The notes below the pieces were generated by a model. It was not told the origin of the DNA. It made no database searches and worked only from the letters and a program-made list of their open reading frames with translations. The position numbers and the translations under genes are program-made. DNA of 64,000 nucleotides from Squalus acanthias. Lineage: Eukaryota. This document shows, piece by piece, positions 11,446-23,423 of the stretch. Location: contig CM059432.1 of NCBI GenBank assembly GCA_030390025.1, positions 128,652,001 through 128,716,000 of the forward strand, read 5' to 3'. The first letter of the stretch is position 1; each line of letters begins with the position of its first letter.

Positions 11446-12632
11446 TGCATTTGACAAAGTACCACATAGAAGGCTGGTTAACAAAATTGAGGCTCATGGA
11501 ATAGATGGGTCAGTGGCAGCTTGGATATAGAATTGGCTGAAGGACAGAAAACAGCGAGTTGTGGTAAATGGCTGTTTTTCAGACTGGAAGATGGTAGACA
11601 GTGGTGTTCCCCAAGGGCCAGTGCTGGGGCTACTGCTTTTTTTGATATATATAAATGTCCTGGATATTGGAATACAGAGTAGAATTTCTAAATTTGCCGA
11701 TGACACCAAACTTGGGGGTATGGCAAACAGTGAGGATGATACCAATCGACTGCAACAGGACATAGAAAGGCTAGCAAAATGGGCAGACGAGTGGCAGATA
11801 GAATTTAATACAGAGAAGTGTGAGGTGATGCATTTTGGCAGAAGGAACAGGAAGAGGCAATATACAGTATAATGCACAGTTATATTATTATACAATATAA
11901 TGGCACAGTTTTAAAGAGTGTGCAGGGACAGAGGGACCTGGGAGTTAATGTGCATAGGTCTCTGAAGGTGGCAGGACATATTGAGAGAAAGGTTAGCAAA
12001 GCATATGGGATCTTGGGTTTCATAAATAGAGGTATTGAGTATAAAAGTAGAGAAGTTATGCTGAACCTTTATAAAGCACTGGTTAGGCCACAACTGGAGT
12101 ATTGCGTCCAGTTCTGGTCACCACACTTTAGGAAGGATGTGAAGGCCCTTGAGAAGCTGCAGAGGAGATTTACCAGAATGGTTCCGGGGATGGGGAATCT
12201 TAGCTACAAGGAAAGGTTTGAGAAGCTGGATTTGTTTTCATTAGAGCAAAGGAGGTTGTGGGGTGATTTGATAGAGGTGCACAAGATTATGATGAGTTTG
12301 GATAGGCTAGACGGGGAAAGGCTGTTCCCATTAGTTGATGGTACAAGGACTAGGGGACACAGGTATAAGGTTTTGGGCAAGTGATACAGGGGGGATGTGA
12401 GGAAAAACCTTTTTACGCAGTGAGTGGTGAGGACTTGGAACTCACTGCCAATGGAATTGGTGGAAGTGGAGACACTCAATATTTTCAAGGGGAGACTGGA
12501 TAGGCACTTGAGAGAAATAAACTTGCAGGGCTACGGGGATAGAGCGGTGGAATGGGACTGAATGGATTGCTCTACAGAGAGCTGGCATGAACTCGATGGG
12601 CCGAATGGCCTCCTTCTGTGCCGTTATGACTC
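11445..12632 (+). mobile_element. CR1 LINE 3' fragment
   Basis: [47 protein letters not shown] tail. Confidence 0.93.
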
Positions 12633-12635
12633 TGA

Positions 12636-12721
12636 GGGGGAGAAATTCGGTATCGCCCCTTTAGGGTGCAATTATCGGCCGGGCGCTAACGGGAGGCGCA
12701 AAGCAACCAAATTTTTCCCCC
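12636..12721. mobile_element. 86-bp minimal Harbinger-like MITE
   Basis: TIRs GGGGGAGAAATT / AATTTTTCCCCC. Ends match 39732-40612. Confidence 0.8.
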
Positions 12722-13147
12722 TATGACTCTATGACTGTTTGTAAGTGACCTGACCCCATAGATATGAACAGGTTCAGATGCATTCAGTCAGGTTGCAATT
12801 TGCATAACTTGTACACTGACAGGGTAAGGGAGAGAAGAAAGTCAGTCCCTTCAGAATGGGGCTTCAAGTAGCTTGCCTTTAACACATCATTATAATAGGT
12901 GGGAATACTACTGGGCAGAGCAACAGAAATATCTGAGGTAATGATACTGCCAGGCTGAAAATTCATCCTGCGTTCATGCCTAATCAATAATATTGTAGAA
13001 CAATTATAGTCACCATACACTAAAAATAGGAATGCATAAAATCAGTATTTATATGCAGAATTAATATGGTCGGGAAAGCAAAGTGTATATTTTATAAACC
13101 AATAAGTAAGTGAGAGAAGAAATATTAAGGGGTTTAGCATCTTTGAA

Positions 13148-13505
13148 AGTCCCACTTCAGAAACCTGAGCGCAAAATCTAGGCTGACACTCTAATGCAGT
13201 ACTGAAGGAGTGCTGCACTGTCGGAAGTGCAGTCTTTAGGATGAAATGTTAAACCGAGGCCCCATCTGCTCTCTCAAGTGGATATAAATGATCCCATGGC
13301 ACAATTTCGAAGAAGAGCAGTGGAGTTCTCCCAGTGTCCTGGCCAATATTTATCCCTCAACCAAAATCATTAAAACAGATTATCTGGTCATTATCACATT
13401 ACTGTTTGTGCAATTTGGCTGCTGCATTTCCTACTTAACAGCAACGACTACACTTCAAAAGTACTGCATTGGCTGTAAATGCTATCTAAATGCAAGCTTT
13501 CTTCC
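13148..13505 (+). mobile_element. Deu-domain SINE (SacSINE1/AmnSINE-like), 5' truncated
   Basis: GTTAAACCGAGGCCCC..GATCCCATGGCAC..GAAGAAGAGCAG..GTCCTGGCCAATATTTATCCCTCAACC core. Confidence 0.85.
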
Positions 13506-14028
13506 TTTGCCATGGTGGGATTTGAACTCATCATGAATATCAGAAACTCACTGTCAAGATCCCTGAGATGAAGAATGAGTCGCTTGGGGGAGGTGAGGTA
13601 CCACAGGGATACAGGCACCCAATCAATTGTACTCCAGCATAGTGCTGAATTGAAGAATTTGCGCTCCTTAAAATGAATGGATAGAAATTGTGCACAGACT
13701 ACTGCCTTTTCCACCCAAACTCCCATGGTGTGAAGCTCTGTGCAGGGAACATTGATGTGTAAAACGTACCCTCATGAGTCATTGGCTTCAGGTCTGGAGG
13801 AGAGAAAAGGTGAGGGAAATGGAAAAATACATTCTACAATTGTTAATCCTTGAGTGTGGATGAGATCATGGATAAACTACACAGAATGTACTGGCTGTCA
13901 ACATCTGCCGCACTTGACAAAACAAAAAGTAGTGAGCAAAACAGCATGGGGGAGAATTTACACAGGGTGCTCCCAATTTCCAGTCGGAGATTGGCAGAAA
14001 CCTGGCAGAAACAGTAGGCTCAGCCATA

Positions 14029-14042
14029 GTGTCAGCTGTGGT

Positions 14043-14077
<35 letters not shown>

Positions 14078-14474
14078 ATGTGGGTTCAAGTCCCACTCCA
14101 GGGACTAAGCACACAATCTAGTACTGAGGAAGTGCTGCACTGTCAGAGGTGCAGTCTTACAGATGAGACATTAAACCAAAGCCCTGTCTGCTCTTTCAGG
14201 TGGATGTAAAAGATCCCATAATCTATTTCAAAAAAGAGCAGTGGAGTTATCTCCCGGTGTCCTAGCTAATATTTATCCCTCAATCAACATCACTAAAACA
14301 GATTAGCTGGTCATTACCACATTGCTGCTTGTGGGAGCTTGCTATGTGTAAATTGGCTATTGTGTTTCCTACATTACAACAGTGACAGTACTTCAAAAGT
14401 ACTTCATTGGTTGTAAAGCGCTTTGAGATGTCCAGTGGTCGTGAAAGGCGCTATATAAATGCAAGTCGTTCTTT
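14029..14474 (+). mobile_element. Full-length tRNA-headed Deu-domain SINE with L2-like tail
   Basis: A box TGGTTCAGTGG, B box GGTTCAAGTCC, Deu core, tail AAAGGCGCTATATAAATGCAAG. Confidence 0.88.
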
Positions 14475-15585
14475 GGCTGTTTGCACAGTTTCTCTGGGGA
14501 GAACCCCTGTGGGAATGCCAGGTGCATATAACCATCTTTACAAATTCTACGCTCTGAGATTACTGCTTTAAAATTGCACCCATGCATCCAGCGATCTCTG
14601 TTTAAAACATCTGTATTTTGTGTAATAAACTACAACCATAGCAGCTGCAGCAGACTGTGCTCCGTAGTGCTTGGTTCGAACTGGTTATTATTCTTGCCAT
14701 TATCCTTTTGCTGGCAGTACTGATAGAATCAGCATTCCAGCTCTTATCTGAATCAATAATGTGTCTGGCTGCAATGGGCTGATGTTACGGGAGTGACCGA
14801 TAGCACTGCCTTTGTTGTTGGTTCAGCACTAAATGCACTGAGGCGAGGGGGTGGGAAAGATTTCTGCTAATCACTGAGTTAGCAACATGGTAAACATAGC
14901 GGTAAGGTTTCCTATGCTCCCTATTTGTAGAAAAATCATAAACACAATCTAAAAGAGAAGCTTTACAAGTTCTTTTGAAACAACAAACTGAAGAAATCCT
15001 TCTTCTATGTTTACAATGTTGATGACACATAGTGACCAGATGAAGCCTTCACTCATGGTCGGCACACATCAGAGAACTCCAGTCCGAATGTGTCTGGAGC
15101 TGGTAACTTTGTTTAAACTGTGAACCAGAGTGAGATCACACTTAGTTGATGCAAGGGTGTGACTTCTCCACCCTATCTATCCCAGCGTTTATAGAAAGGG
15201 ATCTTTCCAGTCCAGTTCACACACTACATTAAAATAAATGACTGTCCTTTGACATGCTGACTTGCTGCTTGTTGATTCACATCAGGGGCCTGGCATTCCT
15301 CAGTTCATAAAAACACAGGCATAAAACCTGTGAACAGATGGACTATCAAAATCTCGTGGAATTCTGCATTCCTAAGTAAAGAGTCAGAAATTCTAATGGC
15401 TAACTGGCAAATAAAAAAGTAACACCCAATCATGACGAACATGTAACAATGATTTTTGTTTATATCTCTAAAGCAGTTAACAAACCTGTTTTGAAATGCC
15501 CAAGAATTCAGCTTGGGTGAGTGCAGAATACCGGTGGAAGGTAATCAGCGACAGCCGCGGGAAGCCAATTTGAAACGGGAGTCTC

Positions 15586-15671
15586 ATAGGAACATAGGAA
15601 CATGAGTAGGCCATTCAGCCCCTCGAGCCTGTTCCATCATTCAATTAAATCATGGCTAATCTGTATCTCAA
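15586..15671 (-). mobile_element. Short CR1 3' end
   Basis: CATAGGAACATAGGAAC tail and AGGCCATTCAGCCCCTCGAG. Confidence 0.8.
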
Positions 15672-17840
15672 CATGGTTTTATGAAAGGGAAATTGTGTTT
15701 GACAAATCTATTAGAGTTCTTTGAGGAGGTAACGAGCAGGGTGGATAAAGGGAAACCAGTAGATGTAGTGTATTTGGATTTCCAAAAGGCATTCGACAAG
15801 GTGCCACATAAAAGGTTACTGCATAAGATAAGAGCTGGGGGTTGGGGATAATATATTAGATTGGATTGAGGATTGGCTAACTAACAGAAAACAGAGAGTC
15901 GGGATAAATGGGTAATTTTCAGGATGGCAATCTGTAACTAGTGGGGTGCCACAGGGATCAGTGCTAAGGCCTCAACTATTTTCAATCTATATTAATGACT
16001 TGGATGAAGGAAGCGAGTGTATTGTAGCCAAATTTGCGGATAATACAAAGATAGGTGGGAAAGCAAGTTGTGAGGAGGACATAAAGGCTGTGATTTTGTC
16101 ATCGGTGTGGGGTTGGGTGCGGGACAGCTGGTTTCCGGCTTCCAGTCCCGCCCCCAGCTGCATCCGCTCCACAGACGTGATTTTACCTTGATTGACCTTG
16201 TTAAGCCCGCCCTGCGGGCTTGCCGGCCAATTAACAGGAAGCGGGTCTGATGACATCATTTGATGATGCATCATCTGCCAGTTTCCTTAAAGGGACCACG
16301 CACCATTTTATTTTGACAGTTGATTTCTCAGTGTTTGACAGCATTGAGGTGCTGAAAACACTGACAATCACTGCACAAAGGTGACCTCTTGCACCCAGGC
16401 TCTCCAATGACTCCCTCCAATGGCTGGAATAGATGGCAGCTGCAGGTGAGGTGACAGAGTGATCTGTCACTGGTGAGAGAGGTTCTCCCAATGAGGTGGC
16501 ACTGGACATGTAGTTGGATTTAAAAACTTGTAAGCTAAAGAAATCTGTAAACGTTTTAAAAACGCAGTACCCAACATTTTCTTTGCTCTGAAACTCACCA
16601 TGTGCAACATTGGATCCTTCACACCACTTCTGCAGCTGTCATCATTCCACAAACATTACAGCAGACTCACAACACGCCACACTTATCTGGCGTGGTGTCC
16701 AGACATCGGGAAACCTGACCCAGAAGCGGGAAAATCCAACAACAGGCTGAAAACTACTGGCAAATACCTGTTAATAGGCAGGTAATTACCTTTAATCCAC
16801 TTCCTGCCGCTAGGTGTCGGGTTCCATTTGCATATCGGGGACCCGACACTTGGGAAAGCTGTTTGGAGGCGGGTTGACGGTGGGATCGGAACCCGCCGTC
16901 AATCAAAACGAATTTAATCTCTGACCCGCCTCCAAACCTGCCCTCTGAGCACCGGCAAAATCGTGGCCAAAGAGTCTGAAAAGGGATATAGACAGGTTAA
17001 GTGAGTGGGCAAGAATTTGGCAGATGGAGTATAATGTGGAAAAATGTGAAGTTATCCACTTTGGTAGGAAAAATAGAAAAGAAAAATATTATTTAAATGG
17101 AGAAAGACTACAGAATGCGGCGGTACAGAGGGATTTGGGTGTCCTCGTACATGAAACACAAAAAGTTAACATGCAGGTACAGCAAGTAATTAGGAAGGCA
17201 AATGGAATTTATTCAAGGGGGATGGAGTATAAAAGTAGGGAAGTCTTGCTACAACTGTACAGGACGCTGGTGAGACCACACCTAGAGTACTGTGTACAGT
17301 TTTGGTCTCCTATTTAAGGAGGGATATACTTGCATTGGCGGCAGTACAGAGAAGGTTCACTAGGTTAATACCTGGGATGGAAGGGTTGTCTTATGAGGAA
17401 AGGTTGAGCAGGTTGGGCCTATACTCATTGGAGTTTAGAAGAATGAGAGGTGATCATTTTGAAACATATAAGATTCTGAGGGGGGTGGACAGGGTAGATG
17501 CTGAGAGGATGTTTCCCCTCAGGGGGGAATCTAGAACGAGGGGGCATAGTCTCAGAATAAGGGGTCGCCCATTTAAGATGGAGATGAGGAGGAATTTCTT
17601 CTCTCAGAGGGTTGTGAATCTTTGGAATTCTTTATCCCAGAGAGCTGTGGAGGCGGAGTCATTGAATATATTCAAGGCTGAGATAGACAGACTTTTGAGC
17701 AACAGGGGAGTCAAGGGTTATGAGGAGCGGGCAGGAAAGTGGCGTTGAGGCCAAAATCGGATCAGCCATGATCTCATTAAATGGCGGAGCAGGCTCGAGG
17801 GGCCGAATGGCCTGCTCCTGCTCCTATTTCTTATGTTCTT
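15672..17840 (+). mobile_element. CR1 LINE 3' part, interrupted by a MITE
   Basis: HGFMKGKLCLTNL through the RT C-terminus and 3'UTR. GACATAAA|GAGTCTG rejoins across the insert. Confidence 0.93.
16086..16968. mobile_element. Harbinger-like non-autonomous element
   Basis: TIRs GGCTGTGATTTTG / CAAAATCGTGGCC, 3-bp TSD AAA, APRLSNDSL Myb-start-like remnant near 16390. Confidence 0.82.
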
Positions 17841-18149
17841 AACTCCATCTACCCACCTTGGTTCCGCAACGACTCAACAAATGAAGATGATAGTGGGGAG
17901 AGGGGAGCACATCTTTGCTGGGGGAAGACTTTGCCTAAAATGCAAAGAAGGTGCCAGATGTGGCAATATGTTATGACAATATTAACACAGCTTCGTCCAC
18001 TGGGGAAGAAAGAGAGAGAAGTACAAACGCAAGGCATGAGTATGAGCGGACTCTCGTGCAAAATCTAGGCTGACAGTTTGGTGCAGCACTGACGAAATAT
18101 GCCATATTTCAGGCGAGACGTTAAACCAAGGTCCCAGCTTCCCTGTTCA

Positions 18150-18375
18150 GGAGGAACGGAGGCATTGGATGAACAGGGCACAGAGCTTTCACTGGGTGCA
18201 GCTTTCCTTCAAGTGCAAGATCACGCAGATGGCACCCATGTGAGCATCAAGGCTCCACATATCAACCCCACACCCACATAAACTACAAGGTTTGCATTCA
18301 GTTAATGTTCAGGTGATATCTGACCACAGAAACATCGTAATGCAGGTCAATGGCAGTTATCCAAGAAGCATTATG
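18150..18375 (+). pseudogene. Old Harbinger transposase fragment
   Basis: AAFLQVQDHADGTHVSIKAP..LHSVNVQVISDHRNIVMQVNGSYPRS. Confidence 0.75.
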
Positions 18376-18596
18376 TGGCAGTCCAGAGTGCCTGCATTTT
18401 CGAAAGAAGAATAAACACAAAGGATTGACTCAGGAGAATAGGGCTAAGCTCTGCTACTGAGCATACTGTGAAAGTCCTTAACATCGGAAGAGCATGTCGG
18501 GCTGGAATCCTGAGCATTTGTTTGCTGTTCCATGTCTGCCACCTCCACTGGCTTGAACAGTGTGCAGTCCAGTTTTGGCACAATGAAAGTACAATA

Positions 18597-18900
18597 AAGA
18601 AAGAACTTGTATTTAGATAACATCTTACAGAACCTCAGGACGTCCCAAAGTACTTTAGGCAGGACACCGGGGATAACTCCCTTGCTCTTCTTTGAATCGT
18701 ATCATGGGCTCTTTTCCATTCACCTGAGAGGGCAGATATCTCACCGAAAGATGGCACCTCCAACAGGGCAGCTCGCCCCAGGACTGCACTGAAGTGTCAG
18801 CCCTGGATTATGTGCTCAAGTCTCTGGAGTGGGACTTGAACCCACGACCTTCTGACTCACAGGTGAGTGTGCTACCCACTGACCCCAGGCTGACACCTGA
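18597..18900 (-). mobile_element. Deu-domain SINE, internally deleted
   Basis: Reverse complement of the head and core of 14029-14474. Confidence 0.8.
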
Positions 18901-20054
18901 CAATGTTTGAATTGTACTTCGCAGAGGCTGCAGAAGTTTCCAGGTATGTTTGATGTGCTTCACAAGAAATGTGTGAAGAAGTGAGGAGCACACGCACCTT
19001 CCTCCTGATACCAGCCAACTTCTTCCTCATTTGGAGCCAGGTACAACAGGCCTGGGTAACTGCAATGGCTCAGTTAGTGACCTCCATCCATGCAGCTGCC
19101 ACCTGTGCTTTTAATAGATGGTGAAGTTACTCCACAAATAGGGCCACCCTCCTTTGGTACACCTTTTGCAGCAGGACTTCCAACTCTTCATTATGAATGG
19201 GAGCAGTGTTGGCTGCATATTTCCACTGTGCCATTGTAAACAATGAGTGGATTTTTTTGCCCTTTAAATGGTGAACTGCAGCCCGACTGATTTATGTGCC
19301 CCAGCCAAATGTGCTACAGGCTCTCGAACAGGAAATGCTGGAGGATGTTTAGCCTGTGGTGTGATTGGAATTGCTAACAATGAAATGAATATATCTGTCA
19401 GGGGGTGGAGAATTGCCATCTGGGCAGACTTTTAGTAGCCTATTCAAATTAGGGGGAGGGATTCCAGTCCTAAAAGTTGGCACGGCCCATCCCTACCATG
19501 GCCAACTCAATCCCATTTTGCCTGACTTCCAAAAGCAGGGCTCTACTGAGCTGACCCTATGCACATTTCCAGGGTCTGCCCCTGTACTGTGGACCTACTC
19601 CAGGGGTGGGAAGTGGCTGTGATCGGGTGCTCATAAGTAGGTGGGTGCAAAATCATTTGCCACTGCAGAATTTATAGTCCAGCAACAGCGTAAAAGGGAA
19701 GGTACTGTGATTTTTCAAATTTGGAAGTCAACCTTTTAACATGTCTGGAAGGTTTGCAGGAGGGTGGAAAGTGCTCAATTTTTCTGATGAGAGCATGGAA
19801 ATTCTGCTGGAGGAAGTAAGGCAAATGAAGTGAGCTTTCTTTTGCAGTGAGTTTTGCAAGACCACAAGAAGAGCAGCTGGGGGGAATGGGCACAGGTTGC
19901 TACCATTGTGGATGCCACCTTGACCACAAAGTGCACCTGCAAACAGGGCTGAAATAAATTTAATTAACTTATCAGGTCAGCTAAGGTAGTAGAACCCAAT
20001 CTGACCTTCCATTAGCACAGTGCATTAAACACTTATGACACTTACACTTACCTT

Positions 20055-21215
20055 ACGAACATATGAACATACAAACAATGACGGACAGGTAAAGACCCTC
20101 TGGTCCATCGAGCCTGTCCCACACCATTGTGATACCTTGTTTATGACAACATATACACTCCACCCCACCCAAAACTATGTGATCTTCTGGGAGAGGCAGA
20201 AAACCAGATAAAAAAGCCAGGCCAATTTGGGGAAACAAATCTGGGAAATTCCTCTCCAACTAGGTGATCGAAACTAGTCCAGGAGATCACTCTGGCCCTG
20301 AATTCCCTATAGTACCTACCCTCTGTAAGAGGGGATCTCCACCCAGCCAGAAAAAAGGTCCTGCTCCCGCTTGAAGGAATTCAGCGAATCGACGCCCACC
20401 GCACAACATGGTAGCCTGTTCCAGAGGTCCACTATTCTCTGGGAAAAGAATAACCTCCTGACCTATGTTCCCTGTAATTTTGTTTGGCCATGCACGGCCC
20501 CTTTAAGGGGCTGCGCAGGCCATTCAAAACACCGCGCATGTGCGGTTTTTACTTTGAAATGCCGGCAAGCCGGCTGCGTGGGTTCCCTGGAGCAGTGCGC
20601 AGCCAAGCGGCCGCACAACTTACAGGGAACACTGCTCCTGACATCTAACCTCGCTCTGGCCTTATACAACTTAAATTTGTGACCCCTGGTCCTCTCTAAC
20701 CTATTTAATTGAAACAAACTGTCAACTGGAACACAATCTATTCCCTTCATTATCTTATAAGCCTCAATCAGATCACCTCTAAGTCTACGCTTCTCTAAAG
20801 TGTAGACTCCCAACTCTTATAGCCTATCTTGATAACCAAGATGCTCTAAACTGGGAATTAGTGTTTAGTGGCCCTCCTCTGCACCCTTTCTAAAGCCTCA
20901 ATATCACCCACCATGTGAGAAGACCAAAACTGGACACAGGTATTTCAAGTGAGGCCCGACCAAAGTCTTGTACAAGGACAAAATAGTATGCCTCGTCTTA
21001 TACTGAATTGTCCTATGGATACACCCCAACACTTTATTTGCTCCAGCTATCGCTTCATGGCATTCAACTTTAAAGATGTATGCACTGGAATGCCCAAATC
21101 TCTTTCTGTCTCCACCTTCTTTAATGCTTTTCCCTGAAGGGTGTATGAATGTTGAGCATTTGCCCTGCCCACATGCATAACACTGCACTTATCTAAGTTA
21201 TCTAAGTCATTTGCC
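20055..21215 (-). mobile_element. CR1-family LINE 3' fragment (distinct subfamily)
   Basis: ANKVLGCIHRTIQYK..LYKTLVGPHL; LEKRRLRGDLIEAYKI; RTRGHKFKL. Confidence 0.85.
20463..20634. mobile_element. 172-bp hAT-type MITE
   Basis: TIRs CTATGTTCCCTGTAA / TTACAGGGAACACTG. Perfect 8-bp TSD CTCCTGAC (20455-62, 20635-42). Confidence 0.9.
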
Positions 21216-21562
21216 AATACCTTCCGCTCACACTGTCTTTAAATTACTTTCAAACCAAACCATGAATAGCCCTGACACAGAATGTTGCAATTAGCACCCT
21301 CAGCCTTCCCCTGCAACTGTTCCATCAGTCACACCCTTACATATATTCAGCCCACAAAATCCTATCTAATGTAGCTGAATGTGGAATGTACATGCATTAC
21401 AACCACTTTGGGCTGCATGCTGACAATTGGGTATCACTGTACGTCATCATGACAATTGGAACTTTTCATTTCTATTCTGTTTGCAGGAGGAGACAGCCAA
21501 AAATAAAGAAGGTGGAACACAAATAGGAAGAGGATCCCCTGACAATCTGTAACCCCTTATGA

Positions 21563-22019
21563 AAGAAAGAAAGAGCTTGCATTTATATAGCACCTTATCA
21601 CATCCTCAGTACATCTCAAACCACTTTTCAACTAATGAATTACTTTTCAAATGTAGGCATTATTGTTCGGTAGGCAAATGCTGCAGCCAATTTATGCACA
21701 GCAGCATCGTACAAACAGCGAATGAATGAGTAACTAGTTACTCTGTTTTTGGAGGTGTTGGTTGAGGGAAGAATGTTGGCCAAAACACCTGGAGAATTCC
21801 CTGCTCTTCTGCGAATAGTGCCATGGGATCTTTCACATCTAACTGAGCTAGCAGATAGGGCCTCCGTTTAATGTCTCATCCAAATGATGGTGCCTCTGAT
21901 ATGCAGCAATCTTTCCGTCCTGCATCATACGAAGTGTTAGCTCAGTTAATGCACTCAAGGATTGGGACTTGAACCTACAACCTTCTGACTCAGAAGTAAG
22001 AGTTCTACCAATTGACACT
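21563..22019 (-). mobile_element. Deu-domain SINE
   Basis: (GAAA)n tail, Deu core and tRNA head in reverse orientation. Confidence 0.85.
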
Positions 22020-23423
22020 TGAGGAGGAAGCAGCTGGAGATCCGAGAAAGGCAGGGAATGGAGGGTGCAGCAAATGGGGAAGTAGGACAACTGATGCCAA
22101 CACAGGCATTGTGGCAACTTTCTGCTGCATTTCCTTCTCATCTTATTCTAATAATAGTGCTATTATTATTATAACAACAGATACCGCACCTTTAATGTAA
22201 AAATAGCCTCAAGGCACTTCACAGAACAATCATAAGGAAATCAGATGCAGAGTCAGGAAAGGAGGTATTAGGAGAGGTGTCCAAGAGGTTGGTTGAAGAA
22301 ATGGGTTTTGAGGACCTTTTTAAAGGAGGAGAGTGAGGTGGAGAGATTTGGTGAGGGAATTCCAGAAAGTAGGACGCAGGCATTCATTTATTATCACCAA
22401 AGCAGTTACTGAAGCACTTTGCCATGCCACTGAGTGAAGGGTATTATAACCTGTCTCCCTCTTCTCTTTCTCTAGGTGTGCTACAGGAAGAGGAGCCAGC
22501 CCATTTTACATGGACAGGTAGATCACTTGGGAAATTGTGTGGACATCAAACTGACGCCATTGGAACATCAGTTGAAATCCAACTCCCATTTCTTTCCGCT
22601 GAGTGTTTTCTGTGCCAAATAATTCCTCAGCTGGAAATCCACATATGCAAAGTGTCTGGGATGGGGGTGGGGGGTGGGTCGGGGCTAGGGTCAATCTGTC
22701 ATGACCATGCCCACATTACCAATGAGAAAATCTACCATGTCCACGATTAGCTATAGATGGTTGTGACGTGACCAACATCTGACTAATCTCCCCAAAGCCA
22801 CTGCTGTTGTATTCTTAAAGTTATTGCCTATACCCTCCTCAAGTTCTTTGCTGCTCTCTGTCCAAAGCCACTATAATAAACCTCATCTAATGCTATAGGT
22901 AGTGCCGACCTTAGAGACACTGGCATTTCCTTCCTCAGTACTGCAACTATCATCCTCAAGGCTATGCCTGCTGCTGCTTCTTCTTCTTAGCTCACTATCA
23001 CTGCAGTAGAGCGCATTAAAGGTCTACGTTTATACTCAAAATGTTTATCTTAACCTGGAAATCCATCACCAAAAACATTCCGTTTAAGTGCTAATCTTCC
23101 TTGAATGTATTTGCGCTAGATGTAATCACATTGTTAGAATTCAGGGCGAACAGGAAGGCTTTATTGCTGTTGAAACCATGGGCTGGAGTTTCTTCTTAGC
23201 AGTGTGGGTCGGGGTCATTATCCACGCATAGAAACATAGAAACATAGAAGATAGGAGCAGGAGTAGGCCATTCGGCCCCTCGAGACTGCTCCGCCATTCG
23301 ATGAGATCATGGCTGATCATCCAAACTCAGTACCCTGTACCTGCCTTCTCCCCATATCCCTTGATACCTTTAGCTTTAAGAAATATATCTAACTCATTCT
23401 TGAATATATTTAATGACTTGGCC

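Larger units (their letters stand above)
19765..22110 (+). pseudogene. Decayed intron-containing Harbinger Myb/SANT-like gene
   Basis: FSDESMEILLEEVR..QVATIVDAT..NKFN.LIRSAK|GT (19765-19985). Acceptor TTTGCAG at 21487, then ETAKNKEGGTQIGRG, continuing after a SINE at about 22020. Confidence 0.55.

Noticed and set aside
15586..15700. Twin-priming inversion of a single CR1
   Set aside because: The inverted piece is a 3' tail rather than upstream sequence, so two separate insertions are the simpler explanation.
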